DNA from: an uncultured Actinomycetes bacterium
GTDB taxonomy: Bacteria > Actinomycetota > Thermoleophilia > Gaiellales > JAICJC01
DNA length: 64,000 bases
Direction: 5' to 3'
Assembly: GCA_963720885.1 (NCBI GenBank)
Contig: CAVRGW010000004.1
Span: 18,674 to 82,673, forward strand
The translations under genes were made by a program, and so were the position numbers. The stretch's first letter is position 1. The number at the start of each line of letters is the position of its first letter. The notes under the pieces are model-generated. The model saw only the letters and a program-made list of their open reading frames with translations. It was not told where the DNA came from and did not search any database. Below are positions 55,954 to 64,000 of this stretch, one piece after another.

Positions 55954-55995
55954 TGGTGACTGGTTGCGCGCGAGTCGTGACGGGCGGCGTGCCGG

Positions 55996-57402
55996 CTACG
56001 CGGCGAGGCGGCGGATGGCGTTCACGCGGTTCATCGCGTCCAGCGCCGCCACCTTGTACGACTCGGCCAGCGTCGGGTAGTTGAACACCGCGTCGACCAG
56101 GTGGTCGATGGTGCCGCCGGTCGCCATCAGCATCTGGCCGATGTGCACCAGCTCCGTCGCACCCGTGCCGAACACGTGGACGCCGAGCAGCGTGCTGTCC
56201 TCGGACGAAACGAGCAGCTTCAGCATCCCGTGCGAATCGCCGACGATCTGCCCCCGCGCCAGCTCCCGGTAGCGCGACACGCCGATCTCGTACGGGATCG
56301 CCGCCGCGGTCAGCTCCTCCTCGGTCTTGCCGACATAGCTGATCTCGGGAATCGTGTAGATGCCGATCGGCATCGGGTCGGCGGAGCTGCGCACCTGTAC
56401 GCCGAACGCGTCGCACGCCGCCAGCCGGCCCTGCTCCATCGAGCTCGCGGCCAGGCTGGGGAAGCCGATCACGTCGCCGGCGGCGTAGATGTGCCGCACC
56501 CTCGTCCGGTACGCCCGGTTGACGGCGATCCGGCCACGCGAGTCCGCCTCTAGCCCGGCGTTCCCGAGCTCGAGCTCGTCGGTCGCACCCTGGCGGCCGG
56601 CCGAGTAGAGCACGGCATCCGCGGGCACCCGCTTGCCGCTGGCCAGGTGGACGATCGCGCCGCCCTTGTGCTTCTCGGCGGCGGTCACCTTCTCGCCGAA
56701 CCGGAAGACGACGCCGGTGTCGCGAAGGTGGTACTGCAGCGCCTCGACCACCTGCGAGTCGCAGAACTCCAGCAGCCGCGCGCGTTGCTCGACCACCGTC
56801 ACCTTGGTGCCCAGCGCGGCGAACATCGACGCGTACTCGATGCCGATCACGCCCGCGCCCACGACCAGCAGCGACGACGGGATGTAGTCCAGGTTGAGGA
56901 TGTCGTCCGAGTCGAGGATCGTCCGCCCGTCGAACTCGACGCTCGACGGCCGCGCGGGCCGCGTACCGACTGCGATCAGGATCCGCGACGCGGTCAGGCG
57001 CCGCTCCTCGCCGTCCTCGCCGCGCACGCCGATCGTGTGCGGGTCGATGAAGCGGCCGCCACCACTGACGACGTGCACGTGGTTTCGTCCCAGCTGGTTC
57101 CGCACCACGTCGACCTCGCGGCCGATCACGTGCGTCATCCGCCAGAACAGGTCGTGCGCGGTGATGTCCGCCTTGACCCGATAGCTCTGGCCGTAGATGC
57201 CCCGCTGGTTCATCCCCGTCAGGTAAAGGACGGCCTCGCGCAGGGTCTTGGACGGGATCGTGCCCGTGTTGATGCAGACGCCGCCCATCATGTGCCCGCG
57301 GTCGACCACGGCGACGCGCCGGCCGAGCTTTGCGGCCTGGATCGCAGCCTTCTGTCCCGCCGGCCCCGAGCCGACGACCACCAGATCGAAGTCGTAACCC
57401 AC
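55996..57402 (-). CDS. sthA: Soluble pyridine nucleotide transhydrogenase
   Basis: [27 protein letters not shown] (CxxxGT), [32 protein letters not shown]. Confidence 0.93.
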   Translation of the reverse strand: MGYDFDLVVVGSGPAGQKAAIQAAKLGRRVAVVDRGHMMGGVCINTGTIPSKTLREAVLYLTGMNQRGIYGQSYRVKADITAHDLFWRMTHVIGREVDVVRNQLGRNHVHVVSGGGRFIDPHTIGVRGEDGEERRLTASRILIAVGTRPARPSSVEFDGRTILDSDDILNLDYIPSSLLVVGAGVIGIEYASMFAALGTKVTVVEQRARLLEFCDSQVVEALQYHLRDTGVVFRFGEKVTAAEKHKGGAIVHLASGKRVPADAVLYSAGRQGATDELELGNAGLEADSRGRIAVNRAYRTRVRHIYAAGDVIGFPSLAASSMEQGRLAACDAFGVQVRSSADPMPIGIYTIPEISYVGKTEEELTAAAIPYEIGVSRYRELARGQIVGDSHGMLKLLVSSEDSTLLGVHVFGTGATELVHIGQMLMATGGTIDHLVDAVFNYPTLAESYKVAALDAMNRVNAIRRLAA

Positions 57403-57478
57403 GGCACGGTTATCGGCACACCGCCATGCGCGTTGAGCCGCGAGGTGGTACCGTCGCCGTTGCGCACACCGCCTCTGG

Positions 57479-57495
57479 GTTGCGCTATTCGCAAC
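57479..57495. promoter_or_regulatory. Palindromic operator GTTGC-N7-GCAAC abutting the iclR start
   Basis: GTTGCGCTATTCGCAAC immediately before ATG 57496. Confidence 0.65.
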
Positions 57496-58197
57496 ATGCA
57501 GTCGGCCGACAAAGCTCTCAGGATCCTCAGTCTGTTCGACGAGCACCACGCCGAGCGCGGGGTGTCCGAGCTCTCCCGACTGCTCGGTGTCCACAAGAGC
57601 ACGACGTCGCGGATGCTGGCCGCGATGGAGGCTCGCGGCTTCGTCGCCCGCAGCGGCGAGCGCTACCGGCTGGGTCCGGAGATCGTGCGGCTGGGCGGCC
57701 TCGCGCTGCACGGCCTCGGCCTGACCGACGCCTGCCGGCCGGCGATGGCCTCGCTCGCGGAGAGCACCGGCGAGACCGTCAACCTCGCCGTCGCCGACGG
57801 CGGGGCCGCTCTCAACATCGACCAGATCGGGGCAGCCCACCTGGTCGGCGTGACGGACTGGACCGGCCGCCGGCTGCCGCTTGCCAAGACCGCCAACGGC
57901 AAGGTGCTGGTCGCGTTCGGCGCGGCCGCGATCGAGTCGCCGTCGCCCGAGCTGGCTGAGCAGATCGCCCAGGCCCGTCGGGTCGGCTACGCAATCGCGG
58001 TCGAGGAGCTGGAGCCCGGCCTGGTCGCCGTCGCGGCACCGGTGCTCGACGCCGGCGGTGGCTGCGTCGCTGCGATCAGCGTGTCCGGGCCGCTGTACCG
58101 GATCGGCCCGGCGCGGGTCGTCGAGCTGGCCGGCCACTGCCAGACCGCAGCCCGCTCGGCGTCGCATCGCCTGGGTTACCGGCGCAGCGCGGCGTGA
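57496..58197 (+). CDS. IclR-family transcriptional regulator
   Basis: [51 protein letters not shown]. Confidence 0.9.
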   Translation: MQSADKALRILSLFDEHHAERGVSELSRLLGVHKSTTSRMLAAMEARGFVARSGERYRLGPEIVRLGGLALHGLGLTDACRPAMASLAESTGETVNLAVADGGAALNIDQIGAAHLVGVTDWTGRRLPLAKTANGKVLVAFGAAAIESPSPELAEQIAQARRVGYAIAVEELEPGLVAVAAPVLDAGGGCVAAISVSGPLYRIGPARVVELAGHCQTAARSASHRLGYRRSAA

Positions 58198-58234
58198 TCG
58201 GAGATGATGGCTCCCCCGACCCAAGGAGAACGCG

Positions 58235-59758
58235 ATGAGCTCGAGCGCTGAGATCGGCACCTTCGACTACGTCGTCGTCGGCGGCGGCACCGCCGGCGCC
58301 ATCGTCGCCGCGCGGCTGTCGGAGGATCCCGACACCCGTGTCTGCCTGATCGAGGCGGGGCCCTCCGATGTCGGCATGGACGACGTGCTGCTCCTGCGCC
58401 GCTGGCTGTCGCTGCTCGAAGGGCCGATCGATCTCGCATACCCGACCACGCTGCAGCCGCGGGGCAACGCCCACATCGTGCACTCGCGCGCTGCCGTGCT
58501 CGGCGGCTGCTCGTCGCACAACACGCAGATCTTCTTCAAGCCGCTCCCCGGCGACTGGCAGGACTGGGTCGACCGCGGGGCCTCCGGATGGGAGCCGGAG
58601 GGCATGGAGCAGTACTACGACCGCCTCCAGACGGTGCATCAGATCGTCGCCGAGAAGGACCGCAACCCGCTGCTGCTGGACTGGATCCCGTCCGCGGCGG
58701 AGGCCACCGGCGTCCAGGCAAACCCCGACTGGAACGCCGCACCGTTCCACGACGGCGTCGGCTTCCTCGACGTCGGCTACGACCCGGAGACCGGCATCCG
58801 CTCGTCGTCCAGCGTCGCCTACCTGCACCCGATCATGGGCCGGCGGCCGAACCTGACGATCCTCACCGACACCTGGGTGCGGCGGGTGAACCTCGAGAAC
58901 GGCCGCGCCGTCTCCGTCAGCACAGACAACGGCGAGGCGCGTGCCGAACGCGAGATCATCGTCAGCGGCGGCTCGATCGATACGCCGCGCCTGCTGCTGC
59001 TGTCCGGCATCGGGCCGGCGGACGACCTCGGCGAGCTGGGCATCGAGGTGCAGCACGGGCTGCCCGGCGTCGGCGAGAACCTGATCGACCACCCGGAGTC
59101 GATCATCATCTGGGAGCTCAAGGATCCGCTCCCGCCGCAGGGCGTGATGGAGGCCGACTGCGCGCTGTTCGTCAACCGCTTCGACCGCGATCCGCGGCCC
59201 GACCTGATGTACCACACCTACCAGCTGCCGTTCACGTTCAACACCGAGCGGCTGGGGTACCCGGTGCCGGAGCACTGCATCTGCATGACGCCGAACATCC
59301 CGCGGTCGCGGTCGGTCGGCCGGATGTGGCTGCTGTCCAAGGATCCGGCGATCAAGCCGGCGCTCGACTTCCGCTACTTCACGGACGAGGAGGGCTACGA
59401 CGAGCAGACGATCGTCGACGGCCTGAAGATCGCCCGCGAGGTGGCGAACACGGAGCCGTTCAAGAGCATGCTCCGCCGAGAGGTGGCGCCGGGGCCTGAT
59501 CTGCGCACGGACGAGGAGCTGTCCCGCTACGGCCGTGCCGCCCATCACACGGTCTACCATCCATCGGGCACGTGCCGGATGGGCGCGGCCGACGACGAGC
59601 TGGCGGTCGTCGATCCGGAGCTTCGCGTGCGCGGCGTCGAGGGCCTCTCGATCGCCGACGGGTCGATCTTCCCGAGCATGCCCACCGTCAACCCGATGGT
59701 CGGCACCTTCATGATCGGGGAGAAGGCGGCCGACATGATCAGAGAGCGCAACCGATGA
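58235..59758 (+). CDS. GMC oxidoreductase, choline oxidase (CodA-like)
   Basis: [34 protein letters not shown]...[17 protein letters not shown]. These resemble actinobacterial choline oxidase motifs. Confidence 0.8.
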   Translation: MSSSAEIGTFDYVVVGGGTAGAIVAARLSEDPDTRVCLIEAGPSDVGMDDVLLLRRWLSLLEGPIDLAYPTTLQPRGNAHIVHSRAAVLGGCSSHNTQIFFKPLPGDWQDWVDRGASGWEPEGMEQYYDRLQTVHQIVAEKDRNPLLLDWIPSAAEATGVQANPDWNAAPFHDGVGFLDVGYDPETGIRSSSSVAYLHPIMGRRPNLTILTDTWVRRVNLENGRAVSVSTDNGEARAEREIIVSGGSIDTPRLLLLSGIGPADDLGELGIEVQHGLPGVGENLIDHPESIIIWELKDPLPPQGVMEADCALFVNRFDRDPRPDLMYHTYQLPFTFNTERLGYPVPEHCICMTPNIPRSRSVGRMWLLSKDPAIKPALDFRYFTDEEGYDEQTIVDGLKIAREVANTEPFKSMLRREVAPGPDLRTDEELSRYGRAAHHTVYHPSGTCRMGAADDELAVVDPELRVRGVEGLSIADGSIFPSMPTVNPMVGTFMIGEKAADMIRERNR

Positions 59759-59764
59759 GGTCGG

Positions 59765-60025
59765 ATGGCCGAGTACCGCATCACCTACTGGCGTGACATC
59801 CCGTCGATGGTCACCGCCCGCGACGAGTCGGGGGCCACGGCCAAGGTGCAGCTGCCGGACCGGTTCCAGGAGCTGATCGACCAGCGGGCGATGGATCTCG
59901 GCCTCGCCGGCACGAACGAGTACCTCGAACAGTGGCGGCTGGGCGAGTGGGAGGCGGCCGACGGCACGCCCGACACGGTGGCCGCGGCCGTTGCGGCGAG
60001 GCTGGAGGGGGAGTTCGCAGAATGA
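59765..60025 (+). CDS. Small conserved protein of the so-called virulence factor family, often seen in cobalamin methyltransferase clusters
   Basis: YWRDIP..V, LPDRFQ..ID..AM, YLEQW. Confidence 0.65.
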   Translation: MAEYRITYWRDIPSMVTARDESGATAKVQLPDRFQELIDQRAMDLGLAGTNEYLEQWRLGEWEAADGTPDTVAAAVAARLEGEFAE

Positions 60026-60912
60026 GCATCGCGGAGCTGCTGGGTGGTTCACGGCCGGTGTTGTCCGACGGGGCAATCGGCACGATGCTGCAGGCGGCCG
60101 GGCTGATGCCGGGCGCGTCGCCCGAGATCTGGAACGTGGAGCACGAGGACCGAATGCGCGTGATCCACACGGCGTACGCCGATGCCGGCGCGCACCTGCT
60201 GACCACCAACACGTTCGGCGGCACGCGGCCGCGGCTGGCGCTCCACGGGCTCGAGGATCGCGTGCACGAGCTGAACGAGGCGGGCGCGCGGCTGGCCCGC
60301 GAGGTCGCCGATGCCTCCGGCGTGCTGGCGATGGGCAGCATGGGCCCGACCGGCGAGTTGATGGAGCCGCTCGGCCTCTACACGCACGACCAGGTGGTCG
60401 ACCTGTTCGCCGAGCAGGCGGCCGGGCTGGCCGCCGGTGGCGCGCAGCTGCTGCTGGCCGAGACCTTCAGCGATCTCGGTGAGGTGCGGGCGGCCGTCGA
60501 GGGCGCGCACCGTGCGGCGCCCGACGTGCCGATGGCGGTGACGATGACGTTCGACGTCAAGGGTCACACGATGATGGGCGTCAGCCCGTCGCAGGCGCTG
60601 CACGAGATCGCCGCGATGGGCGTCCGGCTGATCGGCGGCAACTGCGGATCCGGCCCCGAGGAGATCGAGCAGGTGATGACCGTGATGTCCGCTGAGCGCC
60701 CGGACGGCGTCCTGCTGATGGCGCAGAGCAACGCCGGCCTTCCCCAGCTCGTCGGCGACGAGTTCCGCTACGGCGGCACGCCCGAGGTGATGGCGCGCTA
60801 CGCCGTGCGCATGCAGGAGCTGGGCGTCGACGTGATCGGCTCGTGCTGCGGCAGCACGCCTGCGCACACCGCCGCCATGCGCGAGGCGCTGGGGGCCGGC
60901 CTGAGGGCATGA
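60022..60912 (+). CDS. Stand-alone homocysteine S-methyltransferase domain (MetH N-terminal / Bmt-like)
   Basis: DGAIGT.L, TNTFG, GPTG, ETF, GNC, SNAGLP, GSCCGSTP (Zn ligands). Confidence 0.88.
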   Translation: MSIAELLGGSRPVLSDGAIGTMLQAAGLMPGASPEIWNVEHEDRMRVIHTAYADAGAHLLTTNTFGGTRPRLALHGLEDRVHELNEAGARLAREVADASGVLAMGSMGPTGELMEPLGLYTHDQVVDLFAEQAAGLAAGGAQLLLAETFSDLGEVRAAVEGAHRAAPDVPMAVTMTFDVKGHTMMGVSPSQALHEIAAMGVRLIGGNCGSGPEEIEQVMTVMSAERPDGVLLMAQSNAGLPQLVGDEFRYGGTPEVMARYAVRMQELGVDVIGSCCGSTPAHTAAMREALGAGLRA

Positions 60913-61755
60913 CGGTGCGCGTCTGGCCGGCAATTGTGGCGATCGTGGCCGCCGCAGGATGCGGTGGATCTCAGGCGCAGCCGCAGCCACCGGCCGTTCC
61001 GTTGCCCCCGCAGTCGGCGGCCCCGGCGGTCATCGTCGGCGGCACGCCCCCGATGCGTGAACGTGCGCGTTCGGTCCTCGCCGGTATGGGGCCGTCGGCG
61101 ATCGCACAGGTTCGTTTCGGCCCGCCGCCGGCCGGGTTCGGGCTCCGCGCCGCGCGGGGACCGATTTGGCTGACGGTGACGCTGCATCGTCCGCCGGTGC
61201 TCGCCAACGCGGAAATTGACCCAGCTCGCCGGCGGCACCGTCCTCTGGCAGGCAAGCGTGTTCGAGAACGCATTCACCGGCTCGGCACCGCGCGGCGAGC
61301 CGCGGGTTCGCGGGTCGACCGAGGCGGTGCAGGGCGCGCCGATGACCGGTACGGGCAGCGGTACCTTCGACCGCCCGCTCTTCGACGGCCCGCCGCCCAC
61401 GGAGGCCGAGGTGCGCGCGGCCGTTGGCGAGGGTGCGCGTCGCGCCGGCTTCGACGTCGTCTCGCTGCGGGTGATGCACCCGGCCCGCGCCGCGGCGAGT
61501 GTCGTCGTCCGCGCGAAGGCGCCCGAGGGGTTCGATCGCCGGTACGCTGCCTTCGACGACGCGGTGTCGGGCATCGAGGGGCGGATGGACGGCCTGGAAT
61601 GGGAGGTCGTCGACACCTGCGGCCGGCCCGTCGTCATGCGCTCCGCAGTCTCCTGGGCCGACCCCAGCTGGCTCTGCCCCGACCCGACGGTGCTCGGCTA
61701 CGGGGAGTCCGCCGCGGACTGCCGCAAGGAGCCGAAGCCCGACCTGTCCTGCTAG
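60909..61755 (+). pseudogene. Putative lipoprotein split by a +1 frameshift near 61215
   Basis: Lipobox AAGC at the N-terminus. Protein-like sequence switches frame at GCGGAAATTGACC. Removing one A gives a 281-aa ORF. Confidence 0.55.
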
Positions 61756-63191
61756 TCCCCCAGCTCGGCGCGGCGCCTGACGACGTACTCCTGCAGCTCG
61801 TCGCGGATCGCATCGTCCAGCGGCGGCTGCTGGTATTCGTCAAGCGCCTCACGCCAGAGCAGTCCCGCGCGGGCCGTCGCATCGTTGCCGCCGTTGCGCT
61901 CCCAGCGCTCGTAGTTCTCCGTGGACGACAGCAGCGGCCGGTAGAAGCAGTCGCGAAACCGCTCCAGCGTGTGCACGGCGCCGAGGAAGTGCCCGCCCGG
62001 CCCGACCTCCTCGTGGGCGCCGAACGCCAGGCTGTCCTCGTCGATCTCGAGCGGCGTGAACTCCTCCTTGAGCATCCGCAGGATCTCGATGTCGACGATG
62101 AACTTCTCGTAGCAGGAGACCAGCCCCGACTCGAGCCAGCCCGCCGAGTGCATCACCCAGTTGACGCCCGCCAGGAACGTGGGCAGCATCGTCATCATCG
62201 CCTCGTACGAGGCCTGCGCGTCGACCGTCTGGCTGGCGGTCAGGGCGCCGCCGGAGCGGAACGGCAGCCCGTAGTGTCGCGCCAGCTGCCCGGTGCAGAG
62301 CAGGCCGAGCGCGGACTCCGGCGTGCCGAAGCTCGGCGACCCCGACTGCATGTCGGTGTTCGACAGGAACGATCCGAACAGCACGGGCGTACCTGGCCGC
62401 ACCAGCTGCGCCAGCGCGATGCCGGCGAACGCCTCCGCCAGCTGCTGGGCGAGCGAGGCCGCGATGCTGACCGGCGACATGGCGCCCATCAGCAGGAACG
62501 GCGTGATCACCACCGGCTGGCCGGCCCGGACGTACTCCATCATCGCCGCCAGCATCCGGTCGTCGTAGCGCAGCGGTGAGTTGACGTTGATCAGCGAGAT
62601 CGAGACAGGGGTCGCCTCGATCGCCTCGCGCCCCCCGAACAGGATCTCGCTCATGCGGATCGTGTCCACGGCGTTGGGGCCGGACGTGACCGAGCCCATG
62701 TACGGCTTGTCGGTCAGCGTCTGCAGCGCGTACACCATGTCCAGATGGCGGGAGTCGAGCGGCGTGTCGTTCGGCTCGCAGATGGTGCCGCCGGCGGAGT
62801 CCAGCTGGGGGAAGTGCTGCGACAGCATGGCGAAGCGGCGGAAGTCCTCGATCGTCGCCTCCCTCCGCGTGTCCCCCTCGCGGACGAACGGCGGGCCGTA
62901 GACCGAGGCGAACACCATGTGCTCGCCGCCCAGGTGGATGTCGTGCTCGCGGTTGCGGGCCTGGACGTCGAACTCGCGGGGCGCCCTGGCCACCTGCTCC
63001 ATCACGAAGTCGGGGTCGAGCAGCACGTTCTGCCCGTCGGTCTTCTGGCCGGCCTTCGCGAACACCTCGACGGTCTCCGGCAGCACGAACTCCACGCCGA
63101 TCTCGGAGACGATCCTCCGCCAGCCGCGATCGAGCGTCGCGACGGCGTCCTCAGAGAGGATCTCGTACCTCGGCATCCTGTTGACGAACAT
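61752..63191 (-). CDS. MttB-superfamily non-pyrrolysine methyltransferase (MtgB-like quaternary amine:corrinoid methyltransferase)
   Basis: YGPPFV, NVNSPL..D, GAMSP, GSPSFGTPE, DAQA.YE, HSAGWLE.GL, VGPGGHFL. No in-frame TAG. Confidence 0.9.
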   Translation of the reverse strand: MFVNRMPRYEILSEDAVATLDRGWRRIVSEIGVEFVLPETVEVFAKAGQKTDGQNVLLDPDFVMEQVARAPREFDVQARNREHDIHLGGEHMVFASVYGPPFVREGDTRREATIEDFRRFAMLSQHFPQLDSAGGTICEPNDTPLDSRHLDMVYALQTLTDKPYMGSVTSGPNAVDTIRMSEILFGGREAIEATPVSISLINVNSPLRYDDRMLAAMMEYVRAGQPVVITPFLLMGAMSPVSIAASLAQQLAEAFAGIALAQLVRPGTPVLFGSFLSNTDMQSGSPSFGTPESALGLLCTGQLARHYGLPFRSGGALTASQTVDAQASYEAMMTMLPTFLAGVNWVMHSAGWLESGLVSCYEKFIVDIEILRMLKEEFTPLEIDEDSLAFGAHEEVGPGGHFLGAVHTLERFRDCFYRPLLSSTENYERWERNGGNDATARAGLLWREALDEYQQPPLDDAIRDELQEYVVRRRAELGD

Positions 63192-63215
63192 GCTGGCGCT
63201 CCTCTAAGCTGGTTA

Positions 63216-63233
63216 GTGGAACAATCGTTCCAC
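63216..63233. promoter_or_regulatory. Palindrome between the divergent mttB-like and iclR genes
   Basis: GTGGAAC-AATC-GTTCCAC. Confidence 0.55.
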
Positions 63234-63251
63234 ATCGTGAGTCGAACTGCA

Positions 63252-64000
63252 ATGCAGACCGGGACACAGGCCATCGACCGAGCCGCGCAGCTCCTCGTCC
63301 TCGTCGTCGAGAGCGACGAGTCGAGCAGCGTGGGCGAGCTGGCCGAGGCAGCCGGACTTCCCAAGAGCACGGTCTCCCGTGTGGTCTCCGCGCTGGAGCG
63401 GCAGGGGCTCGTCCAGCGGCAGGGCTCGCGGGGCGGCATCCGCCCCGGCCCGGTGCTGCTCGGTCTGGCCCGCCGCGGCGTCTCCGGTGACGACATCGTC
63501 GCCCTCTGCCGCGACACGCTGGAGCGGCTGGGCGAGGCGAGCGGCGAGACGATCGACCTGGCGGTGCCGGTGCCCGGCGGCTCGGAGCTGTACCTCGACC
63601 AGGTCGACAGCCGGCACTTCCTGGGCACGGTCAACTGGGTCGGCCGCCGGCTGCCGCACCACTGCACATCGGTCGGCAAGGTGTTCATGGCGTTCGGCGC
63701 GGCCAGCCCGCCGGGGCGCCTGGAGCGGTTCACACCGGCGACGATCACCAGCCCCGATCGGCTTGCCGACGAGCTCCGCAGCGTCCGCGCGCGCGGATAT
63801 GCGATCACCATCGGCGAGCTGGAGCCGGGGCTGGTCGCAGTCGCCGCCCCAGTGCTCGGATCGGATGGGGCGGCGATCGCCGCGATCAGCATCTCCGGGC
63901 CGCAGCTGCGGCTCGACGGTGCTCGCCTGGAGCAGCTGGGCGACCTGCTCGTCTCCGAGATCGCCGCACTCTCCGAGCGACTTGGCCACAATCCCCTGAC
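63252..64000 (+). CDS. IclR-family transcriptional regulator, 3'-truncated by the window edge (absent from the ORF track)
   Basis: Translated by hand: MQTGTQAIDRAAQLL..ELAEAAGLPKSTVSR..HCTSVGKVF..VAAPV..ISISGP, open to the end. Confidence 0.88.
   Translation, partial: MQTGTQAIDRAAQLLVLVVESDESSSVGELAEAAGLPKSTVSRVVSALERQGLVQRQGSRGGIRPGPVLLGLARRGVSGDDIVALCRDTLERLGEASGETIDLAVPVPGGSELYLDQVDSRHFLGTVNWVGRRLPHHCTSVGKVFMAFGAASPPGRLERFTPATITSPDRLADELRSVRARGYAITIGELEPGLVAVAAPVLGSDGAAIAAISISGPQLRLDGARLEQLGDLLVSEIAALSERLGHNPL

Noticed and set aside
61752-63191. Pyrrolysine-containing trimethylamine methyltransferase
   Set aside because: The ORF is uninterrupted with no in-frame TAG, and no pyl genes are present.
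1-64000. tRNA, rRNA, prophage or defence genes
   Set aside because: No cloverleaf, rRNA-like, phage or defence signatures were recognised by eye.

Overview
High-GC bacterial chromosome segment. Gene content and style suggest an actinobacterium, possibly Thermoleophilia/Gaiella-like; this is inference only. About two thirds of the window looks like a methylated-amine/choline/C1 catabolic region: two different glutamine-synthetase-like enzymes, mgsABC (glxBCD), a heterotetrameric sarcosine-oxidase/N-methylglutamate-dehydrogenase-type operon in permuted order, fhs plus a cyclohydrolase, a stand-alone FAD amine oxidoreductase with a GcvT-like protein, three APC permeases, a divergent Amt followed by three small membrane proteins, choline oxidase, a stand-alone homocysteine methyltransferase and a non-pyrrolysine MttB. 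A purDEBCSQLFMNH cluster without purK sits in the middle. The clearest sequence-level result is a nested mobile element: an IS110-family element inserted at a catalytic Asp codon of an IS481 transposase. Its non-coding left end holds a readable bridge-RNA-like structure whose loops match the IS481 target and the element's own circle junction. Also notable are a twice-repeated uncharacterised module (APC permease, Zn-ribbon membrane protein, USP-like protein), two probable CTG start codons, a shared IclR-type operator and REP-like palindromes. No rRNA, tRNA or CRISPR array was seen. All product calls come from motif recognition by eye; no database search was run.
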